Part shown: positions 1 to 9,881 of the stretch, one piece after another | Numbering within the stretch: the first letter of the stretch is position 1 | How the letters are laid out: each line of letters starts with the position of its first letter | From: Candidatus Bathyarchaeota archaeon | Lineage (GTDB): Archaea; Thermoproteota; Bathyarchaeia; Bathyarchaeales; Bathycorpusculaceae | DNA: 64,000 nt | Assembly: GCA_963806535.1 (NCBI GenBank) | Contig: CAWDYC010000007.1 | Location: 192,001 to 256,000, forward strand | Direction: 5' to 3' | Notes under the pieces: model-generated | Told to the model about the DNA's origin: nothing | The model's input: the letters and a program-made list of their open reading frames with translations, nothing else | Database searches by the model: none | Program-made: the position numbers and the translations under genes

Positions 1-678
1 TTGGTTGTTGGACCGATCTTGGGAAAATGCGTTTCTGGCTTAGAGCCTGCAGAGCACACATCAAATGGCGTAACAACACCCTCGACATTGTGAATTGCGG
101 CTAAGGCTTTTTCTCCTGCCAAGTTTCAGAGCTTGTTTGTTTCTGCACATAACCCAGAAGTTGCCGCCCATAACGCCCTCGACCATAACCAAGATAACGC
201 TCAATAATGAAATCTGGAACCATCAAGGGAACAACGATGACTTCTCGTTCATGACGTGTTTCAATCCATTCATAACCATCGCCACAGTGACCAACAGTCT
301 CCATCATATCTAATTTGCCTTCAGCATTTGGCAACGCATCGTAAACAGCGGTGAAAGGCTTAACCAAGAATGTCTTGGCGGATGCGGTAGGAAAGTTCAG
401 TTTCAAACTTTTTTAGCGATTGCTCGAAGGTTTTTTTCGGGTTTATTTCTCCCCAGAACTGCAGTATTGCACCTGACGTTTGTCAATCGTTTCCTGCTGG
501 AAACAGATATTTTTCCACTCCGCCTTCGGTTCTGCCGATAACAACAGATGGCGTCGCGGTTGAGTCTTCAGCAGCTTTTCGTAATGTTTCGTCATTTTCT
601 GCCGTAATGATTACTCTGCAGAAGAGCCCAGTGAACGCTTCAGCGAAACGTATCTTCAATTTCTGCTTTTTTTGGCAT
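1..678 (-). CDS. Formylmethanofuran:H4MPT formyltransferase-like protein (divergent Ftr paralog); frameshifted, 3' end outside the window
   Basis: Manual translation across about 5 indels: [26 protein letters not shown]...[18 protein letters not shown]...[17 protein letters not shown]...GHCGDGYEW...GVMGGNFW...[13 protein letters not shown]...GPTTN. Matches Ftr family motifs (IEDTFAEAF, GDGY, GGNF). ATG overlaps the upstream TAA. Confidence 0.85.
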
Positions 679-1762
679 TATCCAAGTCTCCCAATGGCTA
701 CTCCTCGAACTTTTTTTCTAAATTCGCTACTTTCTTTGGCGACTGATTCCATATTTTGAGCTGTTACTATTTGAGCTTTAGGCAAAGCATTAGGATACAC
801 AGCTGAAAGCTGTTTAAGCAAAACAGGATCCACTTCGCTATATTCGAGTGCTGGAAAACCCCAAGACTGCAGAGCGTTGATTGCAACTTCTTTCCCAAAC
901 TTAGAGAACAAATCTGCAATAACTGCAGTTACCAGGTTGCTTTCTGAGAGAACAGCCACTTCTGCATTCTTGACTGCATAGCTGTTACCGTTGAAAGATA
1001 CTGTTAAGCCGCCGTTGTCACGGACCAGTTTGAAGGCTTCAACATCTGTTATGCTGTCGCCTACATACATTACATCTGCTAAATCTGCGCCCAAACGCTT
1101 CACCACATCTCGGATTGCCTCAGCTTTTTGTTCCCCGCCAACCGTCACCACATCAATTAGGAATTTTCCAACAAACATTCTTGGGAATTTCGCTCCAGAA
1201 AATCTCGTCCAAACGCTGAATAACAGCTTGGTCACTGTGCGAAAAATCTTCAATTGCTCGTTGCAGCTTTGGGAATTTCAATTAAATGCATTTGTGAGAT
1301 TTCTTGAGCAATTTTTCTTAGTTGGTCTTTTTCTTGCGGAGTGATAGCGCATTTGTCGAGGCTGACTTTGGTGCAGTACGTGTTTTTGTATGGGAATTCG
1401 ATGGCTTTGCAAAGGGCTTTGATATAGTGTTGGTAACTGGTGCTGACAATGAAAGCTTCAGCTATGGCTTGCACGTGGTGCAGGGTGTTTCTGCTGTTAG
1501 CGATTAAAATAATGTTGTTCTCGGAAAACGCATCCATCTGCCTATCAGTTACACCGTACGCTTTAAAGAAAGGCAAAATAAGCTTCAAAGTGCTTCCTGC
1601 AGAGTAACCGGGTTTTCGCAGAATATCTGCCAGCACATCATCATATTTGCTGATGTTAGCGAAAAGTGCGTCGCCGTTTGGAATAAAATTTGCAGCTAAC
1701 TCAAACGCGTTGTCGTTTTTTGAGATTGGTCCTTCACAGTCAGATATGAAGATGCGCTTCAC
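678..1762 (-). CDS. HAD-superfamily protein, EhaR-like; split by one frameshift near 1255
   Basis: ORFs 1250..1840 and 678..1253 join. Motif I-like FISDCEGPIS at the N-terminus, YVGDSITDVEAF and SFNGN near the C-terminus. GTG at 1762 overlaps the purD TGA. Confidence 0.75.
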
Positions 1763-3174
1763 ACTTTGTGCCTCAAATTCTCCATGTGTTTTACGCTTTT
1801 TGCAATGTGCTGTTTTGAGGCGATGTCTGTTCGGTTCCATAATGCGCCGCCTGTTATTGCTTTGGCGCCTTCTTGGCTGATTTGGCGGGCTTCCTCAATG
1901 CTTTTGCCGATGCCTAAAATTCCTATTGCACGAGATTTTAAGGCGTAGTTTTTGCCGTTTTTTGTTTCCATTGAACCGGGGTAAATTCGGATGTTTTTGC
2001 CGTATTTTTTGGTTAATGCGTAAGCTTTTGAGAGGTCAACTGGCGAGTTAAGTGCTGATTTGTCGACTTGTCTGGGGAACACTTCTGCGTAGCCGCCATA
2101 GTCGGGCGGAACCTTGTAGGTTAAGACTGATGCTGCCTTTTCCAATTCGACAGTTGCCAAATTTCCTTCAATCATTCGGAAGCATAAGTCGACAAAGTCG
2201 CCTTTGATTAGATGCAAGAAGGTTAATTATTTCTGGGTCTCCAGGTCGACTGTTGTTTTCGAGAACTTTGATGCCCTTGCCAGTGTGCATAAATGCTAAG
2301 TAAAGAGGTACACCTCTTAGCGCGGAGGCATCTTTGATTTTTGCGCTCCAACCCTTGAAAATTTTGTTAGCTAACAAAAGCTCCTGTTCACGTTCTGCGG
2401 CGGTCAAGAAAGGTAATTTGTCGTCAGTGTCTTTGTATGAGCCCATTCCGCCTGTGTTTGGACCTTTATCATCGTCGAAAGCGCGTTTGTAGTCACGTGT
2501 ATCGGGCAACGGAATGAAGTGTTTGCCGTCGCAGAAAGCCATGAAACTTGATTCTTCTCCGTCAATCTTTTCCTCAATAATGACTGAGCCATATTGGAAG
2601 TTGGACATGAAATGCTCAAAAAGTTGTTCTCGATTGGCAAAGTGGTCTCCCCAGACGCCAACACCTTTTCCCAGAGCGGGCTTATCGGGCTTAACTACAG
2701 CCTGATTATCTAATTCATCTAGCCAACGGTAAACATCGGCTTTAACGTCTGCAGCCTTTGTAATCGGCTGGGTTAAAAACTTTGAAGCGTGGATTAGCTT
2801 CTGGTGCAATCTCATCAAAAAGCACTCGCTGCTCAACTTTGCTGACTTCTATAGCGTACTGTTGCTTTGGACAAATAACAGGTATACCTGTGCGTTTCTC
2901 AACTTGGTCGCGGACGCCTTCAATTATGGGTTTTTCTGAGCCGACTAAAGCAAAACTGATTTTGTCTCTTGTTTGCCTCTGCGAATTTGCAGATTTCCTC
3001 CACATCCAAGTTCGGGATGACAACGTGTTTGGCAGCTTTTTCCGCGTTGAATGGGTTGCGTTGTTTGTCAGCGATGTAGAGTTCAACTTGATATTTTTTG
3101 CTTTGCAGAAGCGCATCAACCATAGCGACTTCTCTTGCACCATAAGAAACAACCAGTACACCTATTTTTTCCAT
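1759..3174 (-). CDS. purD: Phosphoribosylamine--glycine ligase; frameshifted into 4 ORFs
   Basis: GAREVA, GKGVGV, IIEEKIDGEE, DYKRAFDDDKGPNTGGMGSY, ENNSRPGDPE motifs. Confidence 0.92.
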
Positions 3175-3235
3175 TAGAGACACACCCTTATGCAAAGAAA
3201 ATAGAAGGGTTGCTTAATTTGCTTTGCCACCGCAG

Positions 3236-4718
3236 TTACGGCTGAACTTCTTCCGACTCATAGATTCTTGATTTTTCTTGATATCCAGCTAAGAATCTTT
3301 GTTTCATTGCGTCAGCCATTTTTTGTGCGCAAGGCGTTGGATACTCTCCGTTGATGCAGGCTAAGCAAAGTTGGTCTTTTGTTTGACCTGTTGCTTTCAC
3401 TAATGCTTCAATGGATTGGTAGCATACGCCGTCTGCACCTATGATTTTAGCTATTCCTTCTGCATCATGTCTTGAACCGACAAGTTGCCCATACGTTGAC
3501 ATGTCAATTCCGTATAAGCATGGACCGATAATTCGTGGAAAAGTAACAAAGACGTAGACTTTTTTGGCGCCTGCCTTTCGCAATTTATCAATTATTACTT
3601 TGGTTGTGTCTCCTCTAACTATGCTGTCTTCAGTTACGATAACTCGTTTTCCATCAACTTTGGAGCCTAAAATGTTAATTTTCTTATCAATAGTGGAAAA
3701 GCGCTCGACGTTTAGCAGAATGAAAGCTCGCTCTGTAACATAGCGGTGCCGTCTTGACGCCCGTTCCCATCTCAAACCAGACGCTTCATGAACACCCATC
3801 GCTGAGTCGTCTCCTGTTTCAGGCACTGAAAGAATAATGTCACTTTCCTTTACGACTTCAGGATTTTCTTTTACGATGTTTCTTCCGAAATCTTCTCGAA
3901 TTTCATAAACGTATTTGCCGTTGAACCTTGAATCAGGCCTTGCAAAATAAGCATATTCAAAAGCGCAGAAAGCTGGGCGAGGATTTTGTATAATTTGGAT
4001 GCGTTTGAAGCCGTCTTTTGAAACGGTTACGAGTTCGCCTGGTTTTAATTCAAAATCTCTTACAAAACTGTTCATGTCCAAGCCTACAGTTTCAGAGGAA
4101 AAAGCAAAAGTTTTAGCAACTGGGTCATGCCCAGCGCATAACGGTTTTATTCCATGTGGGTCTTTGAAAGCGAAAAAGTCGCCTTCTCCAGTTATGCCTG
4201 TTACGGAGAATGCGCCGTCTAAACTTTCCATAACCTCTTTGGCTGCAGACGGCAGGTCTTTGCCTTGTTTTAGGGCTAAGAGCATTTTGTTACATACAAT
4301 GTCAGAATCGCAGCTGTAAGTAAAATCTGGAAAGTTTTGAGTACATTTCTTTTTTCAGCGGCAGGGTGTTAACGATGTTGCCGTTAAATGAGAGAGCAAG
4401 TTTTATGCCATTTACTTGGGCAACGACTGGTTGGGTGCCCTCTATTATGGAGACATCGTCGCATTTGCCTGAGGTTGTGTACCTTACGTTGCCGATGCCT
4501 ATTGATCCAGGCAGACGGCCAAACCATTCTTTTATGGCGTCATTTTTTACTTTAGGAACTAAATCCAAGTTTTTGTAGGTAAAAAATTGTTTATCACTAT
4601 AAGTAAGAAATCCGTGCGATTGGTGCCCTCGATGGTTTTGAGCACGTAACCCCCAATAAACATATGGAAAGACAGGTTGATTTTCATAGTTTATTGCGCC
4701 AAAGATACCACAGCCCAT
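3236..4718 (-). CDS. purF: Amidophosphoribosyltransferase; one frameshift near 4300
   Basis: N-terminal CGIFG, QNHRG, CAFEYAYFARPDS, PRPP loop EDSIVRGDT, PCLYGIDM, CLACING. Confidence 0.93.
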
Positions 4719-5075
4719 TTTGGTTCCTTCCCGCGTAATTATGCATGTACTTACAGAAGGGGTTTATCAGCTTTTTGTACATATTTTAGCTAAAAACATG
4801 GGATTTTTGACATAATACAACTTAAACTACAAGAAAAGAATCTTGCACAATTTGAAAAGTATTTAGCTATCGAAAACTTCCGCTTTTGTTTAAGTTTGTT
4901 AATTTTTTTGTTTTGCTGATTTCGTTGATAAAACAGGGACAGAATTTTGGATTTAATTTAGAAAGTAGAACAACAACAGTTGGTGTTAGCATTGGGTGTT
5001 GTTCTTCTCTGAAAGAAGAAGGACGGCTGGAAATAGCACTGTCCTCCTTCTTCTCTGCGTGGAAAAGAGTCGTTG

Positions 5076-5474
5076 TTATTTTTGCTTGTATTCGAGTATG
5101 CCGAAGTGGTTGCCTTCAGGATCCAGCGCCAGCGCCCACCAGCCTAAGCCTGGAATCTCCATCTTTGGCACAACAATTTTGCCGCCTAAAGCCTCAATTT
5201 TCTTGCTGTATTCTTCAACTGATTCAACCGAAATATAGTTTGTTGGCTTAGCCATATCAGGCATTGAAGAGTCTTTTCTCAGGTATAATCCGCCGTTTAC
5301 TCCAGGACGAATAGGCATCATTGTTTTTTCATCCACAGGAACGGTTCCTAACAAATAATATTCGGTTGGTCCAGGGTATTTTTCTATTGTCCAGCCAAAC
5401 AAATCACCATAGAATTTCTTCAGTTTTTCTGCATCGTTGGCTGGAATTTCAAAATGCACAATTGTATGATCCAA
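5076..5474 (-). CDS. VOC/glyoxalase-family protein
   Basis: IVHFEIPA..FYGDLFGW, YISVESV, GGKIVVPKMEIPG.GWWA..DPEGNHFG. Confidence 0.88.
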   Translation of the reverse strand: MDHTIVHFEIPANDAEKLKKFYGDLFGWTIEKYPGPTEYYLLGTVPVDEKTMMPIRPGVNGGLYLRKDSSMPDMAKPTNYISVESVEEYSKKIEALGGKIVVPKMEIPGLGWWALALDPEGNHFGILEYKQK

Positions 5475-5753
5475 AAAATCACCACTAATTCAATTCTAAG
5501 CGAAAATAAAAAGTTTAAGGATCGCCTCTTCCGAGGAGAATCCATTAATTTATTGTTGATTAAGCTTGCTGCACCATTACAATGATTTTATTTTAAGTAT
5601 CTTCCTTGTTCAGCCAAAAGTACTTTGCCAACGGTATTTGTGGCCCAGAAAGGTGGAGTTGGGGTAGCACATGTCTTGCTTTTCTCACCTGCTTATCTAA
5701 TGGTGCATGATCTATCGTGGGAACTAATAGAACTGCGGGTTAGACGCATTCAT

Positions 5754-5773
5754 CCTGCCGCTAACGCGGCAGG
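5754..5773. repeat. GC-rich hairpin, possibly an IS200/IS605-type end remnant or a terminator
   Basis: CCTGCCGC-TAAC-GCGGCAGG, a perfect 8-bp stem in a TTCAT...TATTCT context within an AT-rich intergenic region. Confidence 0.4.
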
Positions 5774-5873
5774 TATTCTGCTAGGTTTTTTATAAAAACC
5801 TGATTGAAGCTTAAATTTTATAATTCAAACTGAATGCAGAATCGAAATAAAAAATTAAAGAAGAAAAGAAAAT

Positions 5874-5984
5874 TTATAGTTGCCATTTCTCAATGAGATA
5901 CTTGGGTATCTCACTAATGTCTCGCGGACCAACGAGGACTTTCCAGCCGCTGAGTTCTTCGATTTCGCCGCTGATGCGCGCTGC
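5874..5984 (-). repeat. Duplicated 3' end of cdhE (direct repeat of 7205..7315)
   Basis: Encodes AARISGEIEELSGWKVLVGPRDISEIPKYLIEKWQL* versus ASRISGEIEELSGWKVLVGPRDSSEIPKYLIEKWQP*. 10 mismatches in 111 nt by manual count. Confidence 0.95.
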
Positions 5985-5986
5985 GA

Positions 5987-6013
5987 ACGTACGTCCCATA
6001 AGTACTTACACCC
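5987..6013. repeat. Degenerate ACTTA-N7-TAAGT site at the 3' boundary of the ATPase gene
   Basis: ACGTACGTCCCATAAGT-ACTTACACCC. 15/17 match to 7089..7105, followed by a second half-unit. Confidence 0.7.
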
Positions 6014-7085
6014 TTTCCGCGCCTGCTAGGAGCAGCGAGCGAAGCATCGGGTCTTCAACGCGATACCGCCCTTTTTCTTCATGAATTAACATGCCAGCTC
6101 TAAGGTTCTTGATTATTCTGGCAACAGTAGAATCATTAACTATTGCGCCCTTAGCCAAGCACACGGCAGTCTTAATTTCTGTCCAACTAGATGGTTTGAC
6201 CATTTGCTTAAGCGCTGCAAGGTACGCTGAACGGTCTCGGTTCTGGAAGAAATGGTCAAGCTCATCAGCAACAACTCGAGAGGCTTCTACAATAGTTTCC
6301 TCAATGGCTCGTTCATATGGAAGACGTTGAACACACACCTTATTTCCGTATAGAGTTAGCCATCCTGGAATACCGTCTAAGCATTCAACCGCATTGTTTA
6401 TCCTAGAGCTGGAAATTTCAAATGCACATTGAGAGAATCCTTTCTTAAGAAATTCCTTGGATTGCTCTTCAATAAAGGGATGTACTTCTAAGATGGCGGG
6501 CGAACGACCATAAAGGGGCGAGGTGGAATCAGGCTCTAAAAGTGTTTTCATTAAACCAAATATCGACCCTGTAAAAACAAATGTTAAATTGCTGTGAGTA
6601 TTGAATAAGTTTGCTAAAATTCTCAGTAAACGCCCAGAAATGGGAGCGAGTTCCTGAACTTCATCGAGTTCGATTACGTATTGCTCCTTTTGCCTTCCCA
6701 AAGCATCAAGCAAGTCCCAAAGAGTTGCCATTGGTTTTTTAGATAGAGTAATACTTATTCCGTTTGAGCCAAAGGTTGCACCATCAATGCGTACATTTTT
6801 GATTTTAGCAATAATACTTTTTTCTTCATTCAATGCTCGGGCTAAGGCGCTAAGAAAGTCATTTGTTCCTTTTGCCCCCCAAAGGTTAACATAAACGACT
6901 TTTATGTTTTGACGCATTAAAGTGGCGCCGACGGCTTTTAGTAAACTTGTTTTGCCAACCATTCTTGGACCTTGGACGGCAACCCATCTTTTTGCCTGTA
7001 ATAAGCGAACAAGGGTTGCGAGTTCTTGGTCGCGACCAAAAAGTTCTTTTGGTGATTCCTTTGGTTTTAAGTCAAACAACGACAT
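6006..7085 (-). CDS. Archaeal ATPase (AAA+/STAND-like, COG1672-type) with C-terminal wHTH
   Basis: LFDLKPKE..LFGRDQEL, Walker A GPRMVGKT, Walker B IELDEVQEL, TGS, SPLYGR, LDGIPGWL, YRVEDP. Confidence 0.88.
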   Translation of the reverse strand: MSLFDLKPKESPKELFGRDQELATLVRLLQAKRWVAVQGPRMVGKTSLLKAVGATLMRQNIKVVYVNLWGAKGTNDFLSALARALNEEKSIIAKIKNVRIDGATFGSNGISITLSKKPMATLWDLLDALGRQKEQYVIELDEVQELAPISGRLLRILANLFNTHSNLTFVFTGSIFGLMKTLLEPDSTSPLYGRSPAILEVHPFIEEQSKEFLKKGFSQCAFEISSSRINNAVECLDGIPGWLTLYGNKVCVQRLPYERAIEETIVEASRVVADELDHFFQNRDRSAYLAALKQMVKPSSWTEIKTAVCLAKGAIVNDSTVARIIKNLRAGMLIHEEKGRYRVEDPMLRSLLLAGAERV

Positions 7086-7088
7086 TTT

Positions 7089-7123
7089 ACTTACGCCCCA
7101 TAAGTTACTTATGCCCCGTAAGT
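7089..7123. repeat. Two tandem 17-bp palindromic sites just upstream of the ATPase ATG
   Basis: ACTTACGCCCCATAAGT-T-ACTTATGCCCCGTAAGT. Confidence 0.8.
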
Positions 7124-7204
7124 AAAAAGCATTACTCCAAAATCCACAGTAAAGGTAATTTTCCAAAAATATTGAAAAATATTAAAAAGAAGAAAGGGTA
7201 TGGC

Positions 7205-8640
7205 TTATGGTTGCCATTTCTCTATGAGATACTTGGGTATCTCACTGCTGTCTCGTGGTCCAACCAGGACTTTCCAGCCGCTGAGTTCTTCGATTTCGCC
7301 GCTGATTCGTGATGCTTTGCCTGGGATGATGATTTTGCGGTGTTTGACTTTGCTTTCGATGCCTGATGCTTTGATTGCGTCTGCGACTCGTTCTGCTGTT
7401 AGTTTGCGTCCTGCGACTCCGCTGTCGATTGCTGAGCCTTCTGTTTCGACTACGATTAGGTATGCGTTGAGTTTGTTGCTTTCTATGTCTGAGGCTACTG
7501 TGTAGTAGGTTAATGCAAAGTTTGTTGTGAACATTACTGGTGAGTTTTCGTCTGGTGTGCCGTACACTTTGAGTCCTGGAGCAACTGCGACTGGTTTGCG
7601 TGGGTCAGTGTAGATGTTTTGGCGTAGCACTGTTGTTGGTAGTAGTGCCCATCCGTCGTCGCCGTGCATTACAAGTACATCTGCGTAGCGGACAACAAGC
7701 ATTGAGGCTATGTATGCTTCTCGCCATTTGATCAGGTCTTCAGCTGTTTCGCCTTTGTCTACCCAAGCAACCATTGGTACACCCAACAAGGGTAAGCCAG
7801 CTAGTTCTTCGCCGCCTTTGGTTGCTGCTCTGCGCAGCATTGTGAAGTTGTTTATTGTGTCTGCTAAGCCTTCGTTTATGAATGTGCCTGGGTCTAAGAA
7901 CTATGTCTTTTACGCCGTAAGTCATCAGGGTTTTTGCAAGGAAACAAGTGCGGTTAGGTCGTTTGGTGCAGATGCAACTAGTGGGCAATCGTACATTATG
8001 GCGAGTTCTGCCATGTCTTTCCAGTTGGTTGCAGTTTGCCGCGTAGAGTAGTGGTCTTGCTTTTGGCGCTGCCATTAAACCTGCTTCAGCTATTGCTGGG
8101 TTCAGGGTGCAAAGTATCATTGGCAGCTTGGTGGTTTCTGAAACTTTTTTGACGGCTGCTTTGAATTTGTCTGCGTCTTCTGATGTGCATCTGACAGCTA
8201 TCATGTCCAGTTTTAAGTGTGTTGCCGATGTATTCGAAGCTAAAGTTATCTGTCTTTTGTACTCGCGTGACAACTTCTTGCTCTGACATTTCGTCGGTTA
8301 CGTCGATTGCGATGGCTGTTGGGTTTTTGTATGTGAATTCATGGCGGTACATGACAAGTTTTCCGCCGATTTTCTTTGCTTTGTCGCCAACGCCAACAAT
8401 GACTTCTTTGACTGCTGGCTTTAGCAGTTCTTTGAGTTTAGCGTATGATTTCTCGTTTTCTTTCTTTAGCAGCGGTTTGCAACTGTCGAGTTCTAATTCG
8501 CGGTTGACAATTTTTGTGGCAAATGCCATGCAGTTGTCTACGCCGCATTCTTTGCAGTTAATTTTTGGAAGCAGCTTGTAAATGTCTATGGGGCTTAATT
8601 CTTTTAATCCAGCTTTCTTTTTCTCGCTCATCTCAACCAT
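7205..8640 (-). CDS. cdhE: ACDS gamma subunit (corrinoid Fe-S protein, large); frameshifted into 3 ORFs
   Basis: IYKLLPKINCKECGVDNCMAFA, VMYRHEF, LRQNIYTDPRKP, TTNFALTYYTV, VGPRDSSEIP. Confidence 0.93.
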
Positions 8641-8645
8641 GCTCC

Positions 8646-9881
8646 TTAAGCTTTTACTGTTACCCAACTTGCGTATTTTGCTGGGTCAGCTTTTTTGCCG
8701 CTTGTCAGGTAGTTTGTGACGTCTTTGAGTGTTTTTACGGCTGCTGGGTGCATCATCATGAATAAGTCAACGCCAGCAAGCAACAGTGTAAGTGCAGTTG
8801 TTACTTCCCAAAGTGGACCTCTTAGCTCGCGTGGTTCCCATTCAGCAGACATTTTTAGCCATGCTTCACGGGCTGCCCAAGCGTTTGTTGTTCCAGAGGA
8901 CATTGGTTGTGCTAGTTCTGAGTCGCCCATTAAGCCGCCTATTCTTGCGCGTTCCATGTTTGTGAATGCGTAGTCTAAGCCGTAGCCTAATGCTGCTGTG
9001 GTTAAGTCCATAACGATGTCTTCTTTGCCAAGGTAATCGTATAGGCGCCTGTTCAGTTCGCGTGCTAGGTTCAGGTCCATTGGTGTGAATGATAATGCTG
9101 CATGACCGTTTTTCTTAACGTATTTTGCGCATCGTTCAACGTCCATGTCGCGTGTAATTGAGCTGATTAGGAAGCGTTCACCTGGGAAAGCGTTACAGAT
9201 TGCTTCGAAAACGTCTGCGTCTTTAACTGGGTCACCGCATCCACCGATTACGAGTGGAACATCAACGGCTTGCAGGATTTTTTCAACGGTTTTTACTGCG
9301 TCTTTTGGTGTAGCATCTTTGAGTAAGGGGTCAATGCTGATTAAGTGGACTGTAACCATGTCTGCGCCGAATTTTTCGACTGCAAGTTTTGCCCATGCTG
9401 CTGGGTCGCCAACGACGTCTTTAACGTGCATCTTGACGGCTTTGCTTAATGGGACTTCCATGTCGAAAACGTCAAGTGTGATTACTGGTTTGTGGGTTAT
9501 TGGTCGCTCAAAAGTGTAGAAAGCAGGAGAAACTTCTCCGCCTATGGTGAGTGATTTTCCGCGTGTGCCGCCGTCTTTTCTTGTTGCCCCAAGTGTTACT
9601 TCAGAGATTTTGTTTGGGTAAGTTTCGATTGGTGGTAGGAAAGGCACTTGTAGCATTGAAAGTGGTTTTCCGCCTGCTACTGCGCCTGGAAGCTTTAGTT
9701 TGGGCATTATTTGCCCAGCCATGCCGGGTTCAAAGATTATTTCTAAGTCTTTGACGTCCATTTGGAAGTCTTCCAGCTCGATTTGCTGGAATTTTGCGAG
9801 CGCTTCAAGTAAGTCGTCGCTTAGTTTTAGTCCTTCAACGTCTTTCTTTTTGTCTGTGTCGTTTTGGGGCGTAGAAATCAC
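8646..9881 (-). CDS. cdhD: ACDS delta subunit (corrinoid Fe-S protein, small)
   Basis: LGAT..DGGTRG, GGCGDPVKD, ALGYGLDY..TNMERAR, NAWAAREAW, RGPLWE, MMMHP. Confidence 0.95.
   Translation of the reverse strand: MISTPQNDTDKKKDVEGLKLSDDLLEALAKFQQIELEDFQMDVKDLEIIFEPGMAGQIMPKLKLPGAVAGGKPLSMLQVPFLPPIETYPNKISEVTLGATRKDGGTRGKSLTIGGEVSPAFYTFERPITHKPVITLDVFDMEVPLSKAVKMHVKDVVGDPAAWAKLAVEKFGADMVTVHLISIDPLLKDATPKDAVKTVEKILQAVDVPLVIGGCGDPVKDADVFEAICNAFPGERFLISSITRDMDVERCAKYVKKNGHAALSFTPMDLNLARELNRRLYDYLGKEDIVMDLTTAALGYGLDYAFTNMERARIGGLMGDSELAQPMSSGTTNAWAAREAWLKMSAEWEPRELRGPLWEVTTALTLLLAGVDLFMMMHPAAVKTLKDVTNYLTSGKKADPAKYASWVTVKA

Noticed and set aside
678-1762. EhaR-like gene as evidence of an Eha hydrogenase
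   Set aside because: No other eha subunits here; the protein has a HAD fold.
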